From: a bacterium
GTDB taxonomy: Bacteria; Electryoneota; Electryoneia; Electryoneales; Electryoneaceae
Assembly (NCBI GenBank): GCA_963669175.1
Contig: OY769902.1
Location: 2,720,001-2,784,000, forward strand
Reading direction: 5' to 3'
Length of the DNA: 64,000 bases
The notes beneath the pieces were generated by a model. That model was not told where the DNA came from. It made no database searches and saw only the letters and a program-made list of their open reading frames with translations. Position 1 is the stretch's first letter. Each line of letters opens with the position of its first letter. Below, piece after piece: positions 21,543 to 30,676 of the stretch. A program made the position numbers and the translations under genes.

Positions 21543-21834
21543 TGTGTGGTTCAAAGAGGGGAAAGAGTGGAGGCCTGTACGCTTTTAGCAAAGTGCATGG
21601 CCCGATTTGCCGGAAGTGTGACAAAATACTCTTGAAATGATGACAACCTTTATGAGTCGTCGTCCTGTGATGCGAATAATGAGCAAGTCGGGTTTTGGCG
21701 AGCTGGGGTGGCCCGATGCCCAAGTGAGTCATTTTTCGCTCTTGTTGCAGCAGAAATACTCTCACTGTGGCTTTCATTCCATCCGGTACGTATGAGAATA
21801 TCGGGATAACGAATACAACTATAGATGGGATTCA

Positions 21835-22743
21835 ATGTTGATCATCTTGACACACGTGCTTCAGCCTGTTATCAGGTTACTCCTGCTGATCGGAACCATG
21901 CTTCTGACGCCAACCGGGGAGGGAATGCCAGGGAGCGCGGACGGAGGCGGCATTCGTCAACCGCCTGATTTTTGGTATGTCTGGCCGCGAGAAACGACTC
22001 CGTATACTGCCTTGCAACAACGCTTCCCGCCGCCAGCAGGTTTTGAACGTGTCGATGTGGACAGCGGCTCGTTCGGTGCGTGGTTGCGTGGGCTTCCCTT
22101 GAAGGAGCGCGGCGCACGTGTGAAATACTATAACGGTATCTGGAAGCCGTTTCAGCAGCATCATGCGGCGGTAATCGACATTGATTGCGGCAACCGTGAC
22201 CTTCAGCAATGTGCCGATGCCGCCATCCGTCTGCACGCCGAGTATCTCCACGACACCGGGCACGACACAGCCATCCAGTACAACTTCACCAGCGGCGACC
22301 GTTGCGCCTGGAAAGACTGGAAACAGGGCATCCGTCCCCGGGTAAAAGGCAATACGGTTACCTTCGAGAAAACCAGCGCCTCCGATTCCAGCTACGCCGC
22401 TTTCCGTGCCTACCTCAACATGGTCTTCCGTTATGCCGGCACTTTATCGCTGAGCCGTGATCTGGAAACCGTGGATGCCGATGAAGTGCGTCCGGGTGAT
22501 GTTTTCGTCCAGGGCGGATCGCCAGGACACGCTGTGCTGGTGGTGGACGTCGCGGTAAATCTGTCAACAGGCCAAAAAGCAATGCTGCTGGCCCAGGGAT
22601 ACACGCCCGCCCAGGATATCCACGTCCTGAAGAATCATGGCAATCGTTCCCTTAGCCCGTGGTACATCGTCGGGGACGGCCCCGAACTGACTACCCCGGA
22701 ATGGACCTTCTCCTGGCAGGATGCAAAGCGGTTTCCAGGTTGA
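21835..22743 (+). CDS. DUF4846-like exported protein
   Basis: PPPAGFERV, DLQQCADA.IRL.AEYL, YAGTLSL, PGDVFVQGGSPGHA, AQ.Y.PAQDIHVL. Confidence 0.8.
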   Translation: MLIILTHVLQPVIRLLLLIGTMLLTPTGEGMPGSADGGGIRQPPDFWYVWPRETTPYTALQQRFPPPAGFERVDVDSGSFGAWLRGLPLKERGARVKYYNGIWKPFQQHHAAVIDIDCGNRDLQQCADAAIRLHAEYLHDTGHDTAIQYNFTSGDRCAWKDWKQGIRPRVKGNTVTFEKTSASDSSYAAFRAYLNMVFRYAGTLSLSRDLETVDADEVRPGDVFVQGGSPGHAVLVVDVAVNLSTGQKAMLLAQGYTPAQDIHVLKNHGNRSLSPWYIVGDGPELTTPEWTFSWQDAKRFPG

Positions 22744-22819
22744 AATACTTTGTAATAGAGCGAAGTCGACGACTGTTATGTTGGATCAAAGATATTTCTG
22801 GGAAAACGCAATTTGCATA

Positions 22820-23425
22820 TTAGGATTCTTTTCTGTCTCGCTTGGCAATTGCTTCTTTTTTCGATTCTGGTAACTTTGCGTAAAGTGCATCAATTTCTTT
22901 TGGTACAGTAATCATCTGGTGGGCAATTTGGTTGACAAGGCTAAATAGCCCGAGAGCTGTTTCACGATCATCATCCAAGTCTATTACACCAGGATGAACA
23001 GCGTCATTACCTACAACCCGAACAACATCCAATGCTTTCTGGATATTATGGTGAAGACCATCTTGCACTAGGTTGGCAATCATGTCATTCAAGTTCCCTC
23101 GCTGGCCTAAGTAAATACAGAGATGTTGAATTGCTAAGCGTAGCAACGCAGCAGCACCTTTTGGGGACAAACGAACAATATCACGAGCTTCAGAATAGCA
23201 TTGAAGCACTTGATTTGGGAGATCCTTATTCGGCAAGGGTGCAGAACTTTCAGTTGGATATACCATCGTCTTATTTACCCAAAGTGCAAAATCACCACAC
23301 CGTTGACAGCTTGATACCCAATATCTTCCATAATTATTCCAACTTTGATGTGCAAAGGCATTGCAATGTGGACAATTGAAGGCATCAATTCTAAATGCAG
23401 GAAAAACGAATTCTGCCGCTACCAT
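22820..23425 (-). CDS. DUF4145 (HEPN-like) protein with N-terminal zinc ribbon
   Basis: CPHC...CQRC; YSEAR, AAALLRLAIQ.L, VRVVGNDAVH (RxxxNxxxH). AT-richer than neighbours. Confidence 0.85.
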   Translation of the reverse strand: MVAAEFVFPAFRIDAFNCPHCNAFAHQSWNNYGRYWVSSCQRCGDFALWVNKTMVYPTESSAPLPNKDLPNQVLQCYSEARDIVRLSPKGAAALLRLAIQHLCIYLGQRGNLNDMIANLVQDGLHHNIQKALDVVRVVGNDAVHPGVIDLDDDRETALGLFSLVNQIAHQMITVPKEIDALYAKLPESKKEAIAKRDRKES

Positions 23426-23671
23426 AAATTATCCTTTCTGAGTTTCCTAGTTCATCCCTCCATACCGTATGTCCATCCAACCAGTCCAACCTAGATCGGG
23501 GACGTGGGTAGTCAAGAGCGGTAGAAGGTTTTCTGTATGGGCACCTTGTCACAGTATCCAAGCAGTGATGAAAGCGTTTGAACTCTCAATGGCAAATAAG
23601 ATCTTCATTCCTTAGGATTATTTAAGCTTACCTTCGTTTGTCTACCTCAAGATCATAGTTTTTTTATATAA

Positions 23672-24688
23672 TTACATTGAATCGACGCCTGATGAGGAAC
23701 CTGATCTTGTCAACATCTCTATCACCGATTTTGCCACTGGTGATCCCTGCTCACCTGCCCCCGAAGTGAAGCCAGTAGGCTGAGGTGCATAGATGCAGGA
23801 TGCAGCGTGACTCAATACAATATCCCGATCTGATTGTTTGCCTGCAGCCTCTACCATTGCACGGTGGGTTAGTAATGCATTCTGGCGGTGGCGATTAATA
23901 ACGGCATTGTGGTTATTCGCGAGAAAATTGCGGCCTGCCATGTATAAAAGGTAAAATAGGGTACTAAAAGCAATCAGTTTGCCTGCTGCAAGCTGTATGG
24001 CATCATATAGATTATCTGGACCAGGAATCCAACCGGAAATGAACACAATACTCAATGCGAGCAAAGCCAGAGCAATCCCGATGGTTATGTTTCTCCATCG
24101 TCCTGCTGACTTATCATATTCTTCAGCTGCACCCTTAAAATGCTCTGAAAGTTGAGTCACACCTTGTTCGTGAAGCGCTTTTTTCAGTTCGCTCAGAAGA
24201 TTATTTGCTTCGTCTGATTTTTCAATTAACTGACCAATTATATCATCAGATTTCTTATCTATATTTCCGAGCACAACATCCGCTTTTCTTTCCAATTCTT
24301 GAAAATCTGTTGTAGATGCAGCACTATAAGAAATTAGATCATGTGTAAAATCATAAATATTAATGGCAAAATTAGTTATAGGAGTCATAATATTGGATTT
24401 ATTCTGCGATGGATTGCCTGTTGTAGGATCAAATTTTAATGCAGAATCAATATGAGATACAAGTTCTGTTAAATGTGAATGTAAATTATTAAGTTTCTGG
24501 TTTGATAGATTTTCTACAATACTGATAGGTATTTTCTTAAAACTATTAACTATTATTTGCATAGATGGAAGTGCATCCTCAAATGATAGCACTCCTAATT
24601 CATCTTTACGAACAATAGTGTTTGGATCAAAATTATGAATTCTCTCCAAATTGCTTGTAATACTGTTTATTAGCTGCTTTCTATTCAT
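23672..24688 (-). CDS. Hypothetical coiled-coil protein with two C-terminal TM helices
   Basis: GGAGG RBS, 338-aa AT-rich ORF, two hydrophobic segments followed by HNAVINRHRQNAL. Confidence 0.8.
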   Translation of the reverse strand: MNRKQLINSITSNLERIHNFDPNTIVRKDELGVLSFEDALPSMQIIVNSFKKIPISIVENLSNQKLNNLHSHLTELVSHIDSALKFDPTTGNPSQNKSNIMTPITNFAINIYDFTHDLISYSAASTTDFQELERKADVVLGNIDKKSDDIIGQLIEKSDEANNLLSELKKALHEQGVTQLSEHFKGAAEEYDKSAGRWRNITIGIALALLALSIVFISGWIPGPDNLYDAIQLAAGKLIAFSTLFYLLYMAGRNFLANNHNAVINRHRQNALLTHRAMVEAAGKQSDRDIVLSHAASCIYAPQPTGFTSGAGEQGSPVAKSVIEMLTRSGSSSGVDSM

Positions 24689-24689
24689 G

Positions 24690-24899
24690 CTAGCCTCCTT
24701 TCAAACTGAGATATACTCCTCGCCTGATTCGAATCCTCTTCAGCTCGTTCGCAATTGCTCTGACTTGATCTAAGGCATCTTTAAAGTCATCGAATACTCA
24801 GTCGTACGAACAGGCTATAAATGCTTGATTGAATAGATCAGGCAAAGAGTCGATAGTTGCGCTTCAAACTTCAGTGGCAATGGTATTCCACAGTTCAAT
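24690..24899 (-). pseudogene. Possible decayed ORF fragment
   Basis: Reads IELWNTIATEV*SATIDSLPDLFNQAFIACSYD*VFDDFKDALDQVRAIANELKRIRIRRGVYLSLKGG*, ending just before the next ATG. Confidence 0.3.
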
Positions 24900-25138
24900 T
24901 GGTTAGAAGTTAGGCTGCCGCCAGATTGGTGTCAACAGCTTTAATCACAAATACGTATTTCATTTTGTTGTATGATACCTCTTTCATGTCTACACGTAAC
25001 TACTTTTACATCTGTCTCCGCACCATTCCATGTGTTCATTTTTAAGAGTTGCGGTAGTTATTATGAGAAACTATGACAGACTGTAGTAATTGAGACTTTA
25101 TTCTGATTTGCTTTAAAACAGTAGTCACTCAAATACTC

Positions 25139-25212
25139 GGGACAGACTAGAGGAAAACTAGAGAGGAAAACTGGGGACAGACGGTAGTGGAAAACTGGGG
25201 ACAGACGGTAGT
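25139..25212. repeat. GGGACAGAC repeats including a perfect 24-bp tandem duplication
   Basis: GGAAAACTGGGGACAGACGGTAGT at 25165-25188 and 25189-25212; third GGGACAGAC at 25139. Confidence 0.85.
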
Positions 25213-25731
25213 TATTGGGTGATTGGGCCAGACTGCTGGACAGTCTGGTTCACACACAGGACAGCACAACCACCCTAGTGCGAGTACGCCGGGCCACGCG
25301 ATCCGGTTTCATCAACAGGCTGATGAAGTGTGCTGCAAGAACAGGTTTCCCAGGACTCGTATTCTTGCCAACAAAGCCCCTGCCCCTAAGAGCCAGTTTC
25401 TCTTGCAATTCGCTGCTAAAGCGTCTAAGTTTGAAAATCCATTGCGAGAGAGGCGAGAGAGGCGTTTGATGTTTACTTACGTTACCCACATTCCCACAAC
25501 CCTGACCTGCTGACCCACGGCAGACGGCCGCACGCCTGTCACCGTGGCGGCCGAACACTCGCAAGGGATTCCCAAGAAGTTTTCGATTTCATTTCTACCT
25601 TTTACCCCGTGTTCATGTCCGCCGGAACAGACGTCGGTATTCTCCGTCGGTCAGAATGGTGCGAGTGAGTTTTTTTTGAAAGGAGTTGGTACCACGTGAC
25701 GTAAACCAGCGTCACAACGAGTGAGAGAACA

Positions 25732-27090
25732 ATGAGTACGAACACGGTGAGATTGCTACCTAAACGAGAATTGTCACGAGAAGTCTGGAAACTTTCCGGA
25801 CCGGTTGTGATCGGAATGATCAGCCAGACGCTGATGAATACGGTTGATACGGCCATGGTGGGCCGTCTCGGCGCTGCCCAGCTTGCAGCGACCGGGATGG
25901 GCGGGATCATGTGCTGGACCTTCATCGCCGGATTGGGCGCCCTGCACGTCGGCGTTCAGGCGATTGCGGCACGGCGTTTTGGCGAAAAGAAAATGCACGA
26001 AGCAGGCAAAGTGCTGGATAATGCGATCCTGCTGGCTGTCCTGCTTGGTTTCGGAGGAGCTGCGATTGTCATCCCGCTCCTGCATTTCCTGATGCCGTTC
26101 CTGGTAAACGATCAGGTCGTCGCAGGCTACACATCCGATTACATCGATTACCGTCTGATGGGACTGGTTTCCGTACTGCTGATCCGTGCCTTCATGGGCT
26201 TTTTCGATGGAGTCGGTCAGACCAATATGCACATGCGGGTAGCTATCCTGGCTAATGCGCTGAACCTGTTCTTCAACTGGATATTCATCTACGGCAACCT
26301 TGGGATGCCACGGATGGAAACCGGCGGTGCGGGAATCGCGTCCACGCTTGGGTCTACGTTTGGGGCGCTGTATTTCTTCCTGATGGCGTTGAAGAAGGAG
26401 CGGCGTGAACCCTTGCAGTATTTCCAGCCCGGAAACCTGAGCGGGTATGTCCGCAAACGGATCCTCCGGCTTGCTATCCCCTCAAGCATTCACGCGTTTC
26501 TCGTGATGCTCGGGTTCAGTGTATTCGTCACGCTGATGGCGCAACTGGGCACGATTGAAATGGCGGCGACAAACGTGGCGCATACCATTTCCTCATTGTC
26601 ATGGTTGCCCGGCGCGGGGATTGGGATTGGTGTCGCCACGCTCATCGGCCAGAAACTGGGCGAGAAGAATGCGCGGATGGCTGAAGAATATGGCTGGGAA
26701 GCGGTTCGCCTGGGCGTACTGATCATGGGAACCATGGGCGCGATTTATGTGATCTTCGCGCGGCCGGTCCTGGGATTGTTCTCCGATGACAGCATGGTTA
26801 TTGAGGCTGCTATTGTACCGTTACGGATTATCGGGATGTTGCAGATGTTCGATGCTGTCGGGATGGTGTTGAGCTTCGCGTTGGACGGCGCCGGCATGAA
26901 CAAATGGATCATGTGGACAGAAATTTCCATAAACTGGCTCCTGTTCCTGCCCTTGACCTGGGTACTCTCGTTCGTCTTTCCCTTCGGGGTCAATGGCGGA
27001 TTCGTGGCGATGGGATTGTATATCCTCGCCTTCGCCTTTATGTGCTTCCTGAAGTTCAAAGGGGGGAGCTGGAAACTGGCTGAAGTGTAA
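25732..27090 (+). CDS. MATE family efflux transporter
   Basis: VDTAMVGRLG...LAA, N.FFNWIFIYGNLGMP.M...GAGIAS, LIGQKLG, ~12 TM segments. Confidence 0.95.
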   Translation: MSTNTVRLLPKRELSREVWKLSGPVVIGMISQTLMNTVDTAMVGRLGAAQLAATGMGGIMCWTFIAGLGALHVGVQAIAARRFGEKKMHEAGKVLDNAILLAVLLGFGGAAIVIPLLHFLMPFLVNDQVVAGYTSDYIDYRLMGLVSVLLIRAFMGFFDGVGQTNMHMRVAILANALNLFFNWIFIYGNLGMPRMETGGAGIASTLGSTFGALYFFLMALKKERREPLQYFQPGNLSGYVRKRILRLAIPSSIHAFLVMLGFSVFVTLMAQLGTIEMAATNVAHTISSLSWLPGAGIGIGVATLIGQKLGEKNARMAEEYGWEAVRLGVLIMGTMGAIYVIFARPVLGLFSDDSMVIEAAIVPLRIIGMLQMFDAVGMVLSFALDGAGMNKWIMWTEISINWLLFLPLTWVLSFVFPFGVNGGFVAMGLYILAFAFMCFLKFKGGSWKLAEV

Positions 27091-27168
27091 ACGCTTGTGG
27101 ATTGCAGAATACTGGTTGAACAATTGATGAGGGATTGGCTGAAAGGTCAATCCCTTGCTTATGTTATG

Positions 27169-27211
27169 GAAAAACAAGGGACTGCCCCGTAGTGGTCTGT
27201 CCCTGTTTTTC
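27169..27211. repeat. GGGAC...GTCCC palindrome, possibly also the MATE terminator
   Basis: GAAAAACAaGGGAC...GTCCCTGTTTTTC. Confidence 0.6.
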
Positions 27212-27218
27212 AGGCTTG

Positions 27219-27349
27219 ACAGAGGATGACAGGATAGTAAGATGTCAAGGATAAAGACTCGATTGAATGTACAGGATGGTTAAGGATGGGAAGCTCACTT
27301 GAATGTACAGGATAGCAAGGATGGTAAAGATAGTAAGGATATAAAGATG
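27219..27349. repeat. Degenerate 9-mer (A/C)AGGAT repeats
   Basis: acaggatag caaggatgg taaagatag taaggatat; TTGAATGTACAGGAT occurs twice. Confidence 0.7.
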
Positions 27350-27523
27350 AAAATTATTGTACAGTCCGAAAGTCTTTACCGTTTCAGGTTAGCGGCAGCT
27401 TCTTTCTGGCACTGAACATCTTTCTTGTATAAGGGCCGGTTCTCCCCGATTGCACTCTTTTGAAAATATATTTACTTGTGTTAGCAGGCTTTAGCCTGCT
27501 CCTCTTAGCCCCCGGCTTTAGCC

Positions 27524-27919
27524 CTGTCTCTTGCTCACATCTTCGTGTTTCTGCCACCCCAGAGGGGGTGGTATATTTTAGCGTAGGGTTGACGCTGTCT
27601 GTTTAGCGTCTACCCTACGAAAAAGATCAAACCTTATCTCAACCCTGGAAGGGTTGCATAACGTATAATTTACACCCAATTGGTTTGTATAGAATATAAA
27701 ATGCGTTATTTCCTGTATTTATTGAACGTACTAATATGAATCGCGTATTATGCAACCCTTCCAGGGTTGATTATTCGTTAGAATACCTGACATAGTGTAC
27801 AGGCCAAACAGACGGCCTGTACACTATGCTAAAATAGGGAATCCCGCCGGGATTCTAAAAATGCTATGTCCACAACTCTTTTACTGATACAGCTTTCAGA
27901 AGATGTGGGTAAGAGACAG
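27524..27919. mobile_element. 396-bp non-autonomous MITE with IS50/Tn5-like ends
   Basis: TIRs CTGTCTCTTGCTCACATCT (27524-42) and AGATGTGGGTAAGAGACAG (27901-19); direct repeat GGCTTTAGCC at 27514-23 and 27920-29. Confidence 0.85.
27554..27855. repeat. Inverted doublet of AAACAGAC-loop three-hairpin elements inside the MITE
   Basis: - copy 27554-27657 (CGTAGGGTaGACGCT-AAACAGAC-AGCGTCaACCCTACG); + copy 27752-27855 (CATAGTGTACAGGCC-AAACAGAC-GGCCTGTACACTATG). Confidence 0.85.
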
Positions 27920-28261
27920 GGCTTTAGCCGGGGGAACAAGGACAACAACGGTTCGAGCGCCCTTCAGGGTGCTTTCTTGATTCGTATTGATTCTATAACG
28001 CAAAAGCACGCTAAAGCGCGCTCATAGCTTTTGTTATATCCATCCACCCGGCTAAAGCCGGGTGCTAAGAGGAGCCTGCTGAAGCAGGCTAGATACTGTC
28101 GAATCAGCAACAACTTTTGGGAATCCCTATAGTTCCCGAAAATCTTTACCGTTTCAGGTTGGCAGCAGTCTCTTTCAGCCTGCCTATGCGTCTTTTCTTT
28201 GCGCCTTTGTTGCCTGCTCACGAATTGTGTTGTCGGGGGGCTTTGCGTGAAATAATCAGGT

Positions 28262-28510
28262 TCAGATATACTGCATGAGTTGAATGGTCGTCTGCGCCTG
28301 GTTGTTCTGGGCGAAATGGGACGCAACCTGGTTAAAGAACTGGCCGACATGGACCAGAACATCCAGTAGGGTCAGATCATAATAGATGAACACGAATACC
28401 ATCAACCAGAATGAAATCGCCAGTGTCATCCCGGTCACGCCAAGCAGGGACACACGTCTTCCGGATCCTTGTTCGTCTTCCTGTGGTCTTCTGTTTGTTT
28501 TCAGATTCAT
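28262..28510 (-). CDS. Small membrane hypothetical protein
   Basis: GGGAGG RBS 5 nt before the ATG, single TM segment. Confidence 0.55.
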   Translation of the reverse strand: MNLKTNRRPQEDEQGSGRRVSLLGVTGMTLAISFWLMVFVFIYYDLTLLDVLVHVGQFFNQVASHFAQNNQAQTTIQLMQYI

Positions 28511-28749
28511 GGTTGCCTCCCAACACCTAATAAAAGAGAAAGCACATAGTGTGCCAGAGTGAGAAATTTGTGTAAATGCAGTAAGAGAAGCAAGAAAGGG
28601 GTGGTGGTGTGCGGTGCGGCTGTTCGCCTTCGAACGTCAGGTGTACGAAATCGGACATGAGAATCATCGTACTCAAGCATCTCTGGCAAAGAAGAACCAA
28701 TTCTGCTATATCAAGTTTTAATCTCAAAGAGGGGAAGCCTAAACTAGCC

Positions 28750-28779
28750 TTGACTTTCAGTGTTAGAAAACCCTAACTT
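28750..28779 (+). promoter_or_regulatory. Sigma70-like promoter overlapped by a DtxR/MntR-type palindrome
   Basis: TTGACT-18 bp-TAACTT; GTTAG-aaaacc-CTAAC at 28762-28777, upstream of the metal ABC operon. Confidence 0.55.
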
Positions 28780-28892
28780 TACTCCTGAAATTTTGATCAA
28801 TTCAGTCTTTTTCATGTTTCAGAATTCTGTATCGCCTACATTCAGGCACATGACGAGGCTGACAAATTCAGGCAGAAATCGGAGATTTACTC

Positions 28893-29840
28893 ATGTCTAA
28901 AAAGATACTGCTGTTCATATCCCTCGTTGCCAGCATCATTTTCGCGATATCATGCACCGGGGCAGGCAAAGGTGATATTGCATTGAGAAAAGTGCAGGTG
29001 GTGGCGACTACCGGCATGATCGGGGACGCCGCAATCAACATAGGTGGGGAACGTGCAGATGTTACCGTTCTCATGGGGCCGGGAGTTGATCCTCATTTGT
29101 ACAAGGCCACGGCTGGTGATGTCAGTCGCCTGTCTTCTGCTGATTTAATCCTGTATAACGGGCTTCATCTGGAAGGCAAAATGACCGAAGTCTTCGAAAA
29201 GATGGAGGAGCAGGTCACCACTGTCCCGGTGGGCGAGAACATCCCGGATGACAGGTTATTAACCCCGGCAGCGTTTGAAGGTTTTCACGATCCTCATGTC
29301 TGGTTTGATGTGGAGATGTGGAAATTTGCCGCTGAAGCGGTCCGTGACGGGTACAAGCAGGTAGACCCGACCCATGCGGAAATCTACGACCGTAACGCGG
29401 AAGAATACCTCGCCGGTTTAGATGCGTTGAATACCTATGTCCGTGAACAAGCTGAAAGTATTCCGCAGGATAAACGTGTTCTGATCACCGCGCATGATGC
29501 TTTCAACTACTTCGGTCGTGCATACGGTTTTGAAGTACGCGGATTGCAGGGTATCAGCACTGCCACCGAAGCGGGAACCGGGGATGTGCAGCAGTTATCA
29601 CAGTTCATTGCAGACCGTAAAATCCCTGCAATTTTTGTGGAATCATCTATTCCTGTCCGTAATGTGGAAGCGGTGCGGGAGGCAGTGAAAGCCAGGGGAT
29701 TCGGTGTTCAAATCGGTGGGGAATTATTCAGTGATGCCATGGGAGATGCGGGCACGGAAGAAGGAACCTATATCGGCATGGTGCATCATAACATCGATAC
29801 CATCGTACACGCCTTTAACAACAAAACGATTGTGGAATAG
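28893..29840 (+). CDS. troA: Mn/Zn ABC transporter substrate-binding lipoprotein (TroA/MntA)
   Basis: [55 protein letters not shown]. Confidence 0.93.
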   Translation: MSKKILLFISLVASIIFAISCTGAGKGDIALRKVQVVATTGMIGDAAINIGGERADVTVLMGPGVDPHLYKATAGDVSRLSSADLILYNGLHLEGKMTEVFEKMEEQVTTVPVGENIPDDRLLTPAAFEGFHDPHVWFDVEMWKFAAEAVRDGYKQVDPTHAEIYDRNAEEYLAGLDALNTYVREQAESIPQDKRVLITAHDAFNYFGRAYGFEVRGLQGISTATEAGTGDVQQLSQFIADRKIPAIFVESSIPVRNVEAVREAVKARGFGVQIGGELFSDAMGDAGTEEGTYIGMVHHNIDTIVHAFNNKTIVE

Positions 29841-29842
29841 AT

Positions 29843-30676
29843 ATGGAATCGCATGCTAACACAAGTATCTCGGGGAATGTGCCGGCAGTCGAGGTCAACG
29901 ACCTGACAGTTGCTTATCACGAAAAGCCGGTATTGTGGGATATTGATTTGGTTGTGCCGCAGGGTGTCTTGATGGCGGTAGTCGGACCAAACGGAGCCGG
30001 TAAGACGACCATGATGAAGTCAATTCTCGGCCTCATCAAAGCTGCTGCGGGTGATGTACGTATTCTTGGCGAACCTTACGACCAGGTGCGTCGCCGGGTT
30101 GGTTATGTACCGCAACGTGGTAGCGTGGACTGGGATTTCCCCACGACTGTGCTAGATGTGGTCATGATGGGATCGTATGGCAGCCTGGGTTGGTTCAAAC
30201 GTCCGGGACGTCAGCAGCGTGAAAAGGCGTCGGCGGCGTTGGAACGTGTCGGTATGGAGAAATTCGCCCATCGTCAGATCAGCCAGTTGTCCGGCGGACA
30301 GCAGCAGCGAGTGTTCCTTGCACGTGCTTTGCTGCAGGAAGCGGAAGTTTATTTCATGGATGAGCCATTCCAGGGAGTCGATGCCACTACGGAACGCGCA
30401 ATTATCGCCATCTTGAAAGATCTCAGGAAGGCGAATAAAACCGTTATCGTAGTTCATCATGATCTTCAAACAGTGCCGGAGTATTTTGACTGGGTGACGC
30501 TTTTGAATGTTCGCCGGATTGCAAGCGGTCCGGTTGAAGAAGTGTTTACCGATGAGAATCTGCGGGCTGCATTCGGCGGCAAGGTCGGGTTCCTGACCAA
30601 GCACGGGCACGATGAGCACCATGATGCGTCACATCCGGTGTCCCCGGAAGCCAATGTCCCGGAGGCAGGATCATGA
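29843..30676 (+). CDS. troB: Mn/Zn ABC transporter ATPase (TroB)
   Basis: [39 protein letters not shown]. Confidence 0.93.
   Translation: MESHANTSISGNVPAVEVNDLTVAYHEKPVLWDIDLVVPQGVLMAVVGPNGAGKTTMMKSILGLIKAAAGDVRILGEPYDQVRRRVGYVPQRGSVDWDFPTTVLDVVMMGSYGSLGWFKRPGRQQREKASAALERVGMEKFAHRQISQLSGGQQQRVFLARALLQEAEVYFMDEPFQGVDATTERAIIAILKDLRKANKTVIVVHHDLQTVPEYFDWVTLLNVRRIASGPVEEVFTDENLRAAFGGKVGFLTKHGHDEHHDASHPVSPEANVPEAGS

Larger units (their letters stand above)
27483..28089. repeat. Inverted REP doublet (GCTTTAGC/GCTAAAGC-loop family) interrupted by a MITE
   Basis: Left: AGCAGGCTTTAGCCTGCT-CCTCTTAG-CCCCCGGCTTTAGCC[MITE]GGGGG...GAGCGCCCTTCAGGGTGCT. Right, inverted: AGCACGCTAAAGCGCGCTC...CACCCGGCTAAAGCCGGGTG-CTAAGAGG-AGCCTGCTGAAGCAGGCT. 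Confidence 0.8.

Noticed and set aside
24690-24899. TGA recoding (selenocysteine or alternative code) in the interrupted ORF
   Set aside because: TGA terminates many clear genes in this window, there is no start codon or evident SECIS hairpin, and decay is the simpler explanation.
22745-24940. Integron cassette array (GTTAGGC near 24909)
   Set aside because: No RYYYAAC...GTTRRRY attC palindromes after the genes and no integrase.
27524-27919. Nextera/Tn5 adapter contamination
   Set aside because: Both ends deviate from the mosaic end at 2-3 positions, are inverted relative to each other, lack adapter tails and are flanked by a target duplication.
28507-28727. Two small overlapping ORFs upstream of the 82-aa gene
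   Set aside because: No RBS or protein-like features; probably promoter/UTR DNA.
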